In this document: one piece after another, positions 1 through 11,849 of the stretch
Layout: the number at the start of each line of letters is the position of its first letter
Position numbering within the stretch: the stretch's first letter is position 1
Origin: Octopus vulgaris
Taxonomy: Eukaryota
Reading direction: 5' to 3'
Length of the DNA stretch: 64,000 nt
Assembly (NCBI GenBank): GCA_951406725.2
Contig: OX597827.1
Location: forward strand, 51,212,001 to 51,276,000
Notes under the pieces: generated by a model
Told to the model about the DNA's origin: nothing
Databases searched by the model: none
The model's input: the letters and a program-made list of their open reading frames with translations, nothing else
Translations under genes and position numbers: made by a program

Positions 1-37
1 ATCCAATATTAACTTGGAAAATTTTTATTCATTGCAG

Positions 38-1662
38 ATCCATCACTTGAAGGTCTTTGTAGGAACAAACTATCAACTATATCTTGCCGAATATTTGAAT
101 TAATACACCAGAATTACACTGAAGTTGTTAAAAATGAACTCGATCAGTTTTCTGATGTCCAACGCAAATTCATTGTCAAAGAAAAACATATGGGCCACAC
201 TATGTTATCATTGGCTACAATATCAGCTCAAACCGACTTGATGAGATATTTGCTAGAACATTGTGATGCAGAGATTGAGCAGAGAGATACAAATGGTACT
301 ACACCAGTAACCCCTCTTTGGCTAGCTGTTGAACGGCGTAATGTGGAAGCTGTCGATATACTATTAGAACATGAAGCTGATGTTAATGCTAAGGGCGAAG
401 GGGATTGTCCAATCATTTTACTTGCTGCTCAAAATGTTAACCTACAAATTGTTGAAAGCCTTATTTTGAGTGGTGCTAACATGAATGCTTCTGATGAGTG
501 GGGATATACCCCTCTCCATGCTGCACTTTGGAATATGGGTTTGATGAGACTTCTTATGGAGAATGGGGCCGATTTAAATGCAAAAGACCAAAATGGAGAT
601 ACGATGTTGCACCTCAGTGTGCGTAAAGGATTCTTTGAAATGTGTAAATTTTTGCTTATGCAAGAGGTGAACCCTTATGAAGTTAATATTGATGGTTATG
701 ATGCATTCCAACTGGCAGCATTGTATGGAGAATGTGAAATATTGGTATATTTACTAATTACTTTCCCATATCCTAAGGAGTGCCCGAAAGAGTTTTTTAA
801 TGAACCAACCAAAGTTAAGATCAAAGAAATGCTAGAGACTTATGTCCCTAAAGATTATTCTTTAGACCTTCATGCACTTCTTGCTATTGAGAAAGTGCTC
901 GGACCTACTTGTGATAAGACATTTTATGCCCTTAAAGAAGCTGCTGAACTAACCAGTCGATCTATGGATTTTGCACAATCGTGGATTATCTATATTCATC
1001 TCCTTCAAATCTGTCATAAACCCCACCATGTACTTGACAGTAATGTAATCACTGGTATCTTCCAGCTACTTTATAACATATTCTGTGAATATGGTGAAAT
1101 TATCGTACCTGTAGAGAGAGCTCTTGGCATATTCAATGGAATGTTCCGAGATGTTATATGCAATCTCAACTTGCTGCAAAGACGTGAGAGTGGAAAAGAA
1201 GATGAGACATTCAACATGGGTCGCTTCCAAGAAGTTTTTATCCGGTTGCTTAATCTGTTGGAATTTATTACAAAACTTAAGTCCAACAATACTGGAAATT
1301 CATCTTCTGACAAAGTGTTCCTCATAATTCCATTACCGTGCATTTTATTTGATGTAGTGTCCCCTTTAAAAAATGAACAAATGCCAGGGAAAATTGATGA
1401 TAGCCAAACTTTAGTGTGCGTGCGTGTGCATGGAAGATGGGAATACTTGGATGTATTTCTGGCCCAAGAAGATTTAGTTCTTACAACCAAAGGTCGGTGT
1501 GTGAAAACATATCATTACTTAGAAACAGGTCGAAGACAGTTGATACCTTCAAAAATTCCCCTTCCTTTGCAATGTCTTGCAATGCAAGTCATTCAAGTTG
1601 ACAATGTTCCATATGAAAACATACTCCCACCTGCACTTTGTAATACAGTTGAACATCATTAA
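38..1662 (+). CDS. FEM1-like ankyrin-repeat protein with C-terminal VHL/BC box (CUL2 substrate-receptor family); last coding exon, 5' exon(s) lie outside the window
   Basis: ORF 190-1662 stays open upstream to a splice acceptor (ttcattgcAG, AG at 36-37) and reads DPSLEGLCRNKL...KHMGHT. It has ankyrin repeats (TPLWLAVE, TPLHAAL, GDTMLHLSV). The C-terminus PLQCLAMQVIQVDNVPYENILPPALCNTVEHH* matches the FEM1 family terminus (LQCLAAxxI...Y...LP..L..FV.xH). Confidence 0.8.
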
Positions 1663-2601
1663 ATTATTTGAGAATCAAAAAATTACCTCATAGAAGAGAT
1701 CAAAGAAATGATTTTTAAAAATGTTATGTAAAAGATAAAGAATTATTTTCACAAGATAATGACAGAAAAATTACATCTCACTCTACAGTTCAATACATTG
1801 AAATTTAAGTAAGTCTGCTAGTAAGTCTAAAAGTAGTATAGTGTTTTGATATGCAACCTTAATTTTGAGTATATTAGTTGGTCCTAAGTGAAAGCCATGC
1901 AAGTTTCTTGCTCAATTAGCTGTAGACAATCCTGTAAGCAATGGTTCTTCTCTTTGGTTTTTCATTGGTTGGTTTCCAAAATCAAGCTGCCAGCCAGAAA
2001 TACATATTAGTTACATTCCTTTTTCATTTTGTAGCAACATTGAGTCCATTAAATAACTTTTACTGGAAGGAAAAAAGACATCTATTGTTATTGTATTGGA
2101 CATCTATTATTTATCTTAATAATTATCACCAACTTTAGCTTCATTTTAATTTTCATCATCACTGCCATCACCACAACCAACATTATCACCATCATTATCA
2201 TGAACATTGTTATTATCCATTTTGTTTTGTTATTGTTATCATTATTTCAGAATTTAGCCAAGATGTGAATAATGAATGTCTGATAAGAAATGACAAAGAA
2301 ATTACTTTTTGCTCTGAAAATAAAAATATTCTTATAAAAGAAAATTGTTCTTGATTTAGCTCTAAAAAAAAATTTAAATGATAATCAGAGCGAAGGTTCA
2401 GACTCTTCATATTAAAAGGGAAATAAGATATTTCTGTAGACCTTAATCATTAAAAACTGAGCATTGTTTTTAAATTATGTATTTATTTATCATTATTTAT
2501 ATTGTGCATATGAGCTTATCTTGCTTTCTGTATTTTAATATCATGAAATCTATTTTCAGGTTATCCAATCATAGAATCAATGATGCATTGGCTTTTAATA
2601 A

Positions 2602-3066
2602 CGGAAGGCAAGGTTTACAATATCTGAGGAATATCATCTCCTTCCATCATCCTTTTGTTCTTCAAGTAGTTCAGTCTTTCGGCAGGCAAAGAGAGAAAAC
2701 TTCAAGTACAAACGCTATTTTACAACTGGTTTATTTACAGGATAGGTGTAGTGTACAGCTCTCAGCGACCATCTTTAGCTGTGTGTGTTGTGTAGTAGCT
2801 CCGTTAGTGTGGGCACATTGCCTCTGGGGATAGACAGGCAGAAAGCCTCAGCCAGTGGTGGTGTTTAGCCAGTGCTGCTGTGAAGGTGGCACCAAAAAAA
2901 AGGCAGGTCTGAATCAGTTTTCCTTTTATATAGTTTCCATCGCGAGCCTCGTTGTGGTCTCACGCATGGCAAATGGATGCAGGTGAAGTCTTGCTCCAGT
3001 CTCAGAGATGGCAATGACTGCCGTGAGATCTCATCCAATATGGCGCTGGCTGCTTGTGCCGCTACA
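2602..3066 (-). mobile_element. LTR-like insertion (solo-LTR-like) with 12-bp flanking direct repeat
   Basis: GC-richer block. On the minus strand it starts TGTAGC and has TATATAAAAG and a later AATAAA. It is flanked by GGCTTTTAATAA at 2590-2601 and 3067-3078. Confidence 0.55.
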
Positions 3067-4389
3067 GGCTTTTAATAATTAGCAAAAATGGTTTTGTGCA
3101 GTTTTACTGAGGTTAACATAGTAAACTATAAGTTTTAGAACATTTTCTTCTTTCTATACAGGTTATGGAGGAAACAACTCTTCTATGCATGTTTAAAAGT
3201 ATTTGTTTTCATAATTTATTTAAAGATACCAGTAGATTTTCTTGATATTATCAAAAACAAGAACAGATTATATCATATAATTTTATGCTCAGATAAATAT
3301 CAGATATTATACATTATTTCTAAAGGGAATGGATTGGAGATGTCAAACTTTTGTTGTTAAAACAATTTTTAGGTTCTAATAACAGAGCATTTCTTTCTTA
3401 CAAATTAAGTACCTTGAAACAGATTCTTATTAAGAGTAACTAATCTAAGAAATTAATAGATACAAATGATTTAAAATACTATTAAAATTAACAGTATTGA
3501 GACATCTAAAAGTATTTAGAGCATACTTTGCTCACAATCTCTCCATAACTAAACACAAGAGAGACCAAAATAGCATCTATTGTTACATTTATCTTAATTA
3601 TCATTATAATATCATTACATATGATCAAAAGATGTAGACAGAACATACCTAAACAAAGAAACAACAATATTCAAAATGAAATCTCTTCTGGATATGTGAG
3701 GAGTGCAGTTTGTTACTGCAGAAAGCACCTAACCTGCCACTACTTGTATGACATCTTGGTCCTAATCAAAATTCCAGAAAACGCTATTCTAAGGACACTG
3801 TCCCTCTTACATAATCTAAACATAAAAAGTACAAATTGAACATCCAATAGATCAGGTTTACCTCCTTCATTATCTTTGGACCTTCCTATTCATATGTCCC
3901 ACAACTATGTTGTATCAAAGCTCTTACTCTATATTTACTTCAGTTTACTTATATATAAAAGAGAAACCTGTAATATCAACTGAGGCTACAAAAGAACTCT
4001 AAGCTTACATATTCACTCAAATTGATCATGCTGTTTGAAATAGCAGCTGAATCTCTCTCAGATTACACTCAATGGTCACAGCTGGAATGCTTTGTGTCTA
4101 ATCAGTATTGTCCTGGGGTTAAATAGCAACAAAAGAAGTATATATTGTGTTGTATCAATATGATCCTAGATACACAACAGAAAGTGGAACTGTTTGGACA
4201 ATGGCCATATGATCCAGTTGTTTATGTACTAAATTTATTTTGGTGTTGGCTAATTTGGCACTGAAAGCAGACATAGGCACATACATGGAAACATAGATAT
4301 GAGAAGTGGAGGAAAGAGAGACAGATTAAAATGTTGCATGTGAAGAGAGAGAACAATTTTGAATGAAACAGTGAAAATGGAGTTATTTC

Positions 4390-4781
4390 GTGCAGTTACT
4401 GTCTATACCTCGTTCAGAGATTTATTATTGCTTGTATACACTTTTTCAAGATCAGTGACGAAAAGTCACTGGAAAAAGGATATAAATATTTGCATTAGGA
4501 CCCTTCCATCGAAAACCGGTGATTGTCGTGCGCTGATGACGGATCAATACCCAGAAACTGCAGTCCATGCGTATCACTTAGGTTGACGAGGGAAGAATGA
4601 CCTCCCTTTGCAAATACCGCTAGGGCACAGAAAGTGTGTCAATAGCCAGTTGGAGATGTCCTCCTGGGGCTACAAGCTACAGTAACATCCACCCATAGTG
4701 GTTAGCCATATTGAGATGGCAAATATACTTCACATTGCCGTGCAGTTACTGTCTATACCTCGTTCAGAGATTTACTATTGC
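4390..4781 (+). mobile_element. Retrozyme-like non-autonomous retroelement: 350-nt unit plus 42-nt terminal repeat
   Basis: 4390-4431 is repeated at 4740-4781 (1 mismatch). TSD TGGAGTTATTTC at 4378-4389 and 4782-4793. Internal hammerhead core and many hairpins. Confidence 0.7.
4514..4584 (+). ncRNA. Type I hammerhead ribozyme motif, minimal palindromic helix III, partly decayed
   Basis: CTGATGA 4533-4539, GAAA 4554-4557, palindromic CTGCAG 4558-4563, GTC cleavage triplet ending at 4565. Helix I: CGTGCG/CATGCG, GTGAT/ATCAC, AACC/GGTT. Confidence 0.6.
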
Positions 4782-5135
4782 TGGAGTTATTTCCCTTTAC
4801 ATTAACCTTGCATGGCAAAATATTGTTTTAGCCAAAGTAAACTTTGCCTTTCGTCCTTTCAAAGACGAAAAAATAGAGTACCAGTCAAGTGCTGGGGAAG
4901 ATGATGTAATCGAATAAACCTCCTCCCTTAAAGTTGCTGGTCTTGTGCCAAATTTGAAAACAGTTATTATTAATAACAGACAATTATTATACTAGTTTAT
5001 TAAAAATATAATTTCATTCAATTCTTCATTTGGTAATTATGAACAATACTCCTGAGATACTCAACAGTATCCATGTTTTTTAAATTGTTGATAGCTTCAT
5101 ATATCCTTTTGTCTGCATCTGTTCCCTTTTTTCAG

Positions 5136-5693
5136 CTTCTGCAGGGGCTCATGTTGGCTCAGCTTATTTTATTGAAAACACAGACTAGTGACCGAGACCT
5201 TTGGAAGTATGCTATGCGTGAGAAGACCCAGCAGGACAAGTGAGACCATAACCCATGGCCTCTACCTGGGATGTAGCCAGCCCACTTATGCATACCTTTC
5301 CTTCTTGGAACACAAAATTCTACTTGTGAAGACCTGTTGAGGCAAGTGAAATCGAAATCGAAATTGATCAAAATCAATGGAAATTGTAGTTGTGATACCA
5401 GTGCCGGTGGCACATAAGAGAACCATCCGAACGTGGCCGTTTCCAGTGCCACCCCGACTGGCCTCCATGTCGGTAGCACGTAAAAAGCACCATCCGATCG
5501 TGGCCATTGCCAGTGACATGTAAAAGGCACCCACTACACTCACGGAGTGGTTGGCATTAGGAAGGGCATCCAGCTGTAGAAACATTGCCAGATCAGACTG
5601 GGCCTGGTGCAGCCTTCTGGCTTCCCAGACCCCAGTTGAACCGTCCAACCCATGCTAGCATGGAAAGCGGACGTTAAACGATGATGATGATGA
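5136..5693 (+). mobile_element. SINE family A (long copy, internal ~60-bp tandem units, (GAT)n tail)
   Basis: Shares the 3' body ...GCCTGGTGCAGCCTTCTGGCTTCCCAGACCCCAGTTGAACCGTCCAACCCATGCTAGCATGGAAAGCGGACGTTAAACGATGATGAT with several other copies in the window. The 5' boundary is approximate. Confidence 0.8.
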
Positions 5694-5821
5694 CAGTGAT
5701 CCATGATGGGAAGTGTTTTCTTTTCTACTTTCCATCCACACTCCTCCAACCATCATATCCATAAATAGATGTAAATCACTAAACTTGATTTAGTGATTGT
5801 AATTAGATGTTAGTTGTCATA

Positions 5822-6010
5822 TTTTGTACTTGTTTCAGTCATGCTAGGGCACCGTCTTGAAGAATTTTTAGTCAAATGAATCAATCACAGTACTTAATTT
5901 TGTTAAGCCTGGTAGTTCTTCTATTGGTCTATTTTGCAAAACCACTAAGTTACAGAGATGTAAACACACCAACACCAATTGTCAAGTGTGTGGGGAGACA
6001 AACACAGAGC
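5822..6010 (-). mobile_element. SINE family B, 3' fragment
   Basis: Diverged match to the 3' half of the copies at 11279-11690 and 21337-21761. Confidence 0.65.
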
Positions 6011-6029
6011 ACAAAGATATACACTCACA

Positions 6030-6370
6030 TATAAGGGAGAGCCATATGTTTACTTTGGACAAAGAGGTGATTCATTCAAGAATCATTATCGCAACTATAT
6101 CCCCAGCTTCAAGAGAATCAATAAGAGACATCCAACATCTTTGGACAATTTTGAGTGGTGACTGAAGGAAGATAGAAGTATAATATAACTTGGTCTATAG
6201 TAAGATATGTAAAACTATGTAATATCATTTCCAGGAGATGTCGACTCTAGTCTGAGGAATTCCTATCTATTCAGTGGACCAATGAGAAGATCATTAACAG
6301 AATTTTTGAAAGACCCTCAAGATGCCTACATGCATATAAATGTACTTTCACACAATGCAGTGGGAATGAA
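6030..6370 (+). pseudogene. Penelope-like element GIY-YIG endonuclease remnant
   Basis: Reads YVYFGQRGDSFKNHYRNYIPSFKRINKRHPTSLDNFEW*LKE...NITWSIV...RCRL. Same motif order as the better-preserved copy at 34476-34997. Confidence 0.65.
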
Positions 6371-6632
6371 TTTTGAGTGACTTAACATAATTTACTTTAA
6401 GGTATGGATGAATTAAGTTTAGCTTTAACCTCACCATTCTTATAAATACCAAGTAGCTATTTAACCTGCTATGTGAACATATGTGCACCAAACCACATAT
6501 GTGTGTATGCTTATATCTTTATTATTGATCTTCCATGTAAATAAAGTGGTATCCTTTAATTTTCTGCTTTTCTTTACATGAAATGAGAAGATACATTGTG
6601 GAACTATTATTTTAAGGAGTTATATCTATTTA

Positions 6633-7281
6633 CACAGGTACAAGATTTTCTGGGCAGGGAACACTGACGGGGTCGAGGGTGTGGGTATACTTCTTGTGGA
6701 GAAATGGGTTGATAAGGTAATCGAGGTAGTCAGAGTATGCGACAGAATACTTAAGATTAGATTAGTGCTTCATCATGGGTTAGCAACCATTATTTCGGCC
6801 TATGCCCCTCAGCTGGGGCTACCCGATGGACAGAAAGACCGATTTTATGACACCCTCTTGCAGACTATCTTGTTGATGAATGATGGGGACCTTCTCTTTG
6901 TGGCTGGTGACTTCAATGGACATGTTGGACAACATACAGGGGGCTTCCATGGTGTATGTGGAGGCTACGGTTTTGGTTCCTGCAATGAGGAGGGAACCAG
7001 GCTGCTGGAGTTCTGTGATGCAAATGACCTTATGGTTTGCACACACTAACTTCAGGAAACCTGCCAGTCACATTGTCACCTACTGTTCTGGCATACACAC
7101 TAGCCAAATTGACTACATCCTCGCCAGAAAAAGGGAAAGATGGCTGCTTATAAATGCCAAAACCTTCCCAGGAGAAGAATGTACCTCACAACATAGACTG
7201 GTAGTTAGTGACTTCGGGATCAGGGCTAAATGAATGCCCAGAAAACAACCAGCATGAAGGAGAAGGGTCTGGAAGCTTAAA
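6633..7281 (+). mobile_element. RTE-clade LINE fragment, AP endonuclease domain (frameshifted)
   Basis: GVGILL...IISAYAPQ...AGDFNGHVG...NEEGTRLLEFCDANDL, then SQIDYILARK...TSQHRLVVSDF. Confidence 0.85.
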
Positions 7282-7499
7282 GTTACCTTGATACTTTGGT
7301 GGATGGAGTTAGCTATCATAGCTATCGAGTTATCATAGTAGTGTTTCTGTCTTTAGCTCCTCAGTTAAAAATACATCTCAATCAAATATGAATATTAGTA
7401 TTGATCCTGTACCTTCTCCTAACAACAGCTTCAATAACAATACAATTGATAATTTTTCGCTAGCTAGTAAACTTGACAGTTTGCATAACTATCCAGACA

Positions 7500-7810
7500 T
7501 ATGATAAAGTATACCACTATATCAGTGCTACAGTATCAAAATTGAAATCTTGATGGAGTAATCACATTCTTTCAATAAATGTATGTTACACAATACATCA
7601 TTAGCAAAATTTATTTGGGATCTTTAAAGATAGAAATATTGATAACTCTAAATTGTGGTCAGTTATGTGAAACACATTTCCATTCAAAAGGGAGTTGTAA
7701 TTTAAATTGCATGGAGAGGCATTTGAAACCCTAAGGTATAAGTGTCAATTAATTAATAAGCATAATAAGTTGTTAATCATTCTTCACCCCAATTCAATAA
7801 AACATTTTTA
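7500..7810 (+). pseudogene. Decayed Penelope-like GIY-YIG remnant
   Basis: NTSLAKFIWDL motif at ~7592-7625, equivalent to TSLSKYIWDLK in other copies. Confidence 0.45.
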
Positions 7811-8470
7811 AAGATTCCCTTTAATTAACTTATATAAAATTAGATGTATAATATCAATCACATTTCAATTCTCTCTGATCTCTTTTCATACTTACAGTCT
7901 TGCAACTTCCTTTTAGTCTTTCATAAAAATATTGATAACTTCCAAGTATATTAATCCCCTGATTATTATCTCGTTCCTCGTTATCTCAATGATCATCACT
8001 TAATTGTTTTCAATCTTTTATTTTACTGTTGGAACCATTTGATTTAATATATATTGAAATATTTTGACAATGTATTGAGTTGGTACTCTAGTTAATTTCT
8101 TGGGCTCTTAATCAGCCCCTTAAATTTTACACCTTTCTTTTATTTTTCTATTCTTCTTAGTCCTCATATAATTTTTCTTTCCTCTTCCTCTTCACTTTGT
8201 TTCTTTGATGTCCCTCTAGACTTACCTCTTTCCCTCAAATTAATGTCTCTCTGGGAATATCTTTGTTTACTACTAGCCAAATATGCATACATTCCTCTCC
8301 GTTTAGACAGCTTACTACATTATCCATCCTTTGATTTGCCTGTGCCAATGGCCTTGTCATCACGACTGATATTCTCTCATTGTCTATGTTCCTTTCTGCC
8401 TATGTAATCCTTTTACTTTATACCTCTCTCTAGGTATGTCAACCTAGTTGCTTTCTTGCAGTGATATTCT

Positions 8471-8881
8471 GGATCTTTTCGGTTTGAACGGCAGTTTTTA
8501 ACATAATTTCTAGGTAACCAAAAAATTTTAAACTTCGTATACTGGTAGAATGTGTTTATAAAACATCTTTTTCTCTTGGCTTTATTGAGAAAATTCTATA
8601 GTTTGTAAGATATTTGTTATTTTTTTTCTTCAATTTCTGCAATTTCAACCAATCAATTACATCCATTGAGGTAAAAAACATTCTGTGCCATATGAATATG
8701 TCCCTCGTTTAAGAAACAGATTGGGTTTATTTACATTTGTGAAGAAAAAAAGATACCCTTCCCCCCACCCCTAACCCTAAAATAGATTGAAATGCAATAG
8801 ATCGATACTAGGGTCATAATTATGGGTGACAATTTCATATGACACCGCTAGAAAAAACTACCGTTCAAACTGAAAAGATCC
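8471..8881. mobile_element. MITE with GG...CC TIRs and 8-bp TSD (Merlin-like)
   Basis: TIRs GGATCTTTTCGGTTTGAACGGCAGTTTTT / AAAAACTACCGTTCAAACTGAAAAGATCC. Flanks GATATTCT / AATATTCT. Internal CCCTAACCCTAA. Confidence 0.75.
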
Positions 8882-9509
8882 AATATTCTAAGCCCCACCC
8901 GTTAAATGCATTTACAGCCATGTTTGTTCATGTGTAATTATATTACTCTGGTTGAAGTTATGATAAAATGACAGGTTCAGGTTTTCTTTTAATATTACAT
9001 GAACTTGTATAATGATCAACTATAAATATTCCAGCATGTTGAATGATTTATCTGTTTTACCTGTTACAGAAATTATTGTAACTGGATAAGAAATGTAATA
9101 CCATTATCCTCATTCTTTATTTTATTTTGTATCAAAGTCTGTGATTGATGAAGATTTCCTCAATTTTCAGTTTGTGTGGAATACTTTGGATTTATTTGAA
9201 TGTTTTCTGCTTCTATGCATCCTGTTAGCCTGGAGTTTGCATGGGTGCTGATTGAGGTAATTGCCTGGATTTTACAAATGCATCTTTACTTAAGCTCTCT
9301 CTCTCTTTATATCTATATATATACATAAACAGGCACCCTCAAGTTACAACTTTCTCAGCTTATGGGGTTTCACGCTTATAAAAATAATAAATGTGATCTG
9401 AATTACACTTTTATGGAAACAATTACATTTCAAAAAAGTTAAAGACAATACCTTATTCTTAGCCAAAAGCTAAGATCAAAGTAGTAAATAATTTGAAAAA
9501 AACTATAGT

Positions 9510-9654
9510 CACAGTACATACAAATACATATACATAAATATTACATATATGCATGTGTATGCATTGCTATAGACACTTATGAAGTGCAAAGTGAAATGGT
9601 TCAGTATATTTGTATGTATATATACATGTGAGTATATATATATATATACATGTG

Positions 9655-9707
<53 letters not shown>

Positions 9708-9825
9708 TAATATACATATAAATATATATTTATATATACATACATATATATACATGTGTATATATAAATATACACATATATATACGTGTGTGTATACATA
9801 CACATATATATACATGTATATACAT

Positions 9826-9861
<36 letters not shown>

Positions 9862-9964
9862 ATATACATACATATACATGTATGTATATATACATACATA
9901 TACATGTATGTATATATACATACATATACATGTATGTATATATACATATACATACATACATATG

Positions 9965-9998
<34 letters not shown>

Positions 9999-10001
9999 TA
10001 T

Positions 10002-10056
<55 letters not shown>

Positions 10057-10063
10057 TACATAC

Positions 10064-10110
<47 letters not shown>

Positions 10111-10132
10111 GATATACATGTGTATATATATA
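9510..10132. repeat. Compound (TA)n/(CA)n/(TACA)n microsatellite
   Basis: Direct inspection. It accounts for the YIYI ORFs. Confidence 0.95.
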
Positions 10133-10278
10133 TGTTGAAGAGCTTAGGCTCGAAACATAAAAGACTTCCTCATTTCCCTAGCGTTAAACTAATACATCTG
10201 TTTGTCATTTACATACCTGTCTTTGTCTTGTTTTTTTCCAAATTCTCTCTCTATATATATATACATATTTATACATAC

Positions 10279-10309
<31 letters not shown>

Positions 10310-10675
10310 TAATTAGTATTTCTCTTAGGCAATGTGAAGCAAATAACCTGGTGTCAGAACTCAATATACATATACCATATAGTAGAAACAGATGAAAGCT
10401 AATGAAGTTAGTAACATAATTGTTTATTTCCTTTGTCATCCCGATTTCTTATATACATATATATATATATATACATATATATACATACATATATGAATTA
10501 ACCTTCACCAGCACTGGTTCCAAAACAACCAGCATCAACACCAAAACCAATATAACTACTGCCATTACCAAACCACCATCTACTTAATGACCAACAACAG
10601 CAATGATGGTATGAACAAGATAAGCAACTCCATCTGAAAGAAAGTGCAAGTATGAGATGATACAGTATTCTAGAG

Positions 10676-10894
10676 CAGTGGTTTTCAACCAGTGTTCCGC
10701 GGAACCTTAGGGCTCTGCCAGTACAGTCCAGGGGTTCCGCAAGAAGTTACAAAACTGCTAAAATCGGCAGTAATTTTTAATTTTCCTGTGCAGATATGTG
10801 TGCATAAGACTATTAAATTATTGCACAGGGGTTCTCCAAGCCAGTGGAATGTTTCCTTGGGGTTTCGCTCCAGCAAAAAGTTTGAAAAGCACTG
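10676..10894. mobile_element. hAT (Charlie-like) MITE
   Basis: TIRs CAGTGGTTTTCAA / TTGAAAAGCACTG. 8-bp TSD TTCTAGAG / CTCTAGAG. Confidence 0.85.
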
Positions 10895-11278
10895 CTCTAG
10901 AGTATTATAAATGTTGAATGAAATGTCTTTGATCTCAGGTGAATGAGGATTAATTTGAAACTAAACAGCCATCCTCACCATCATCACCAATACCAAAACT
11001 GATCCAACCACGACCACCACCACCACCACTATTAATCCCTCAACTTTTGAATAACCAGAAGGCAACAACAATAACAGTATTCAGCATGATAGCAATGTTT
11101 TTTTGCTATGTTGTATGTCAGCACAATAGTGTGTGTGTGAGTGAGTGAGTGTGGGATTTTTTATGGTTCAAGTCAGAGGTGCAAGGGATTAAGTACACAC
11201 GTACCTGGTAACCATCGAACTAACTGTAATCAGACAGTACTTCCTCTCACCTCATTTACCTTCTTACATCCACAGGAA

Positions 11279-11690
11279 TACTCTTTACTCTTTTACGTGT
11301 TTCAGTCATTTGACTGCGGCCATGCTGGAGCACCACCTTTAGTCGAGCAAATCGACCCCAGGACTTATTCTTTGCAAGCCTAGTACTTATTCTATCGGTC
11401 TCTTTTGCTGAACCACTAAGTGACGGGGACGTAAACACACCAGTATCGGTTGTCAAGCGATGTTGGGGGGACAAACACAGACGCACAAACATATACACAC
11501 ACATACATATATATATATACATATATACGACGGGCTTCTTCCAGTTTCCGTCCACCAAATCCATTCACAAGGCTTTGGTTGGCCTGAGGCTATAGTAGAA
11601 GACACTTGCGCATGGTGCCACGCAGTGGGAATGAACCCGGAACCATGTGGTTGGTAAGCAAGTTACTTACCACACAGCCACTCCTGCGCC
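11279..11690 (-). mobile_element. tRNA-derived SINE family B, full length
   Basis: Minus strand starts GGCGCAGGAGTGGCTGTGTGGTAAG (A box) with GGTTCATTCCC (B box). Central microsatellite and AAAAGAGT tail. Matches 21337-21761. Confidence 0.9.
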
Positions 11691-11849
11691 TATAAGGTAA
11701 TAAGGTAAATTATTTTTTGCTCTCACAAAAATATTCTTTCCTGGTGCTATATTCTTTTACTACATATTTGTTGTGGATGATAGTTGATTGCCCACTGCTG
11801 TTGGATTTGCCCACAATGCAAGATGTCTGGAAAAGGATTAGATTGAATA

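Noticed and set aside
5190-5360. Possible HDV-like or other ribozyme at the 5' end of SINE A
   Set aside because: I could not establish the required nested double pseudoknot from the sequence.
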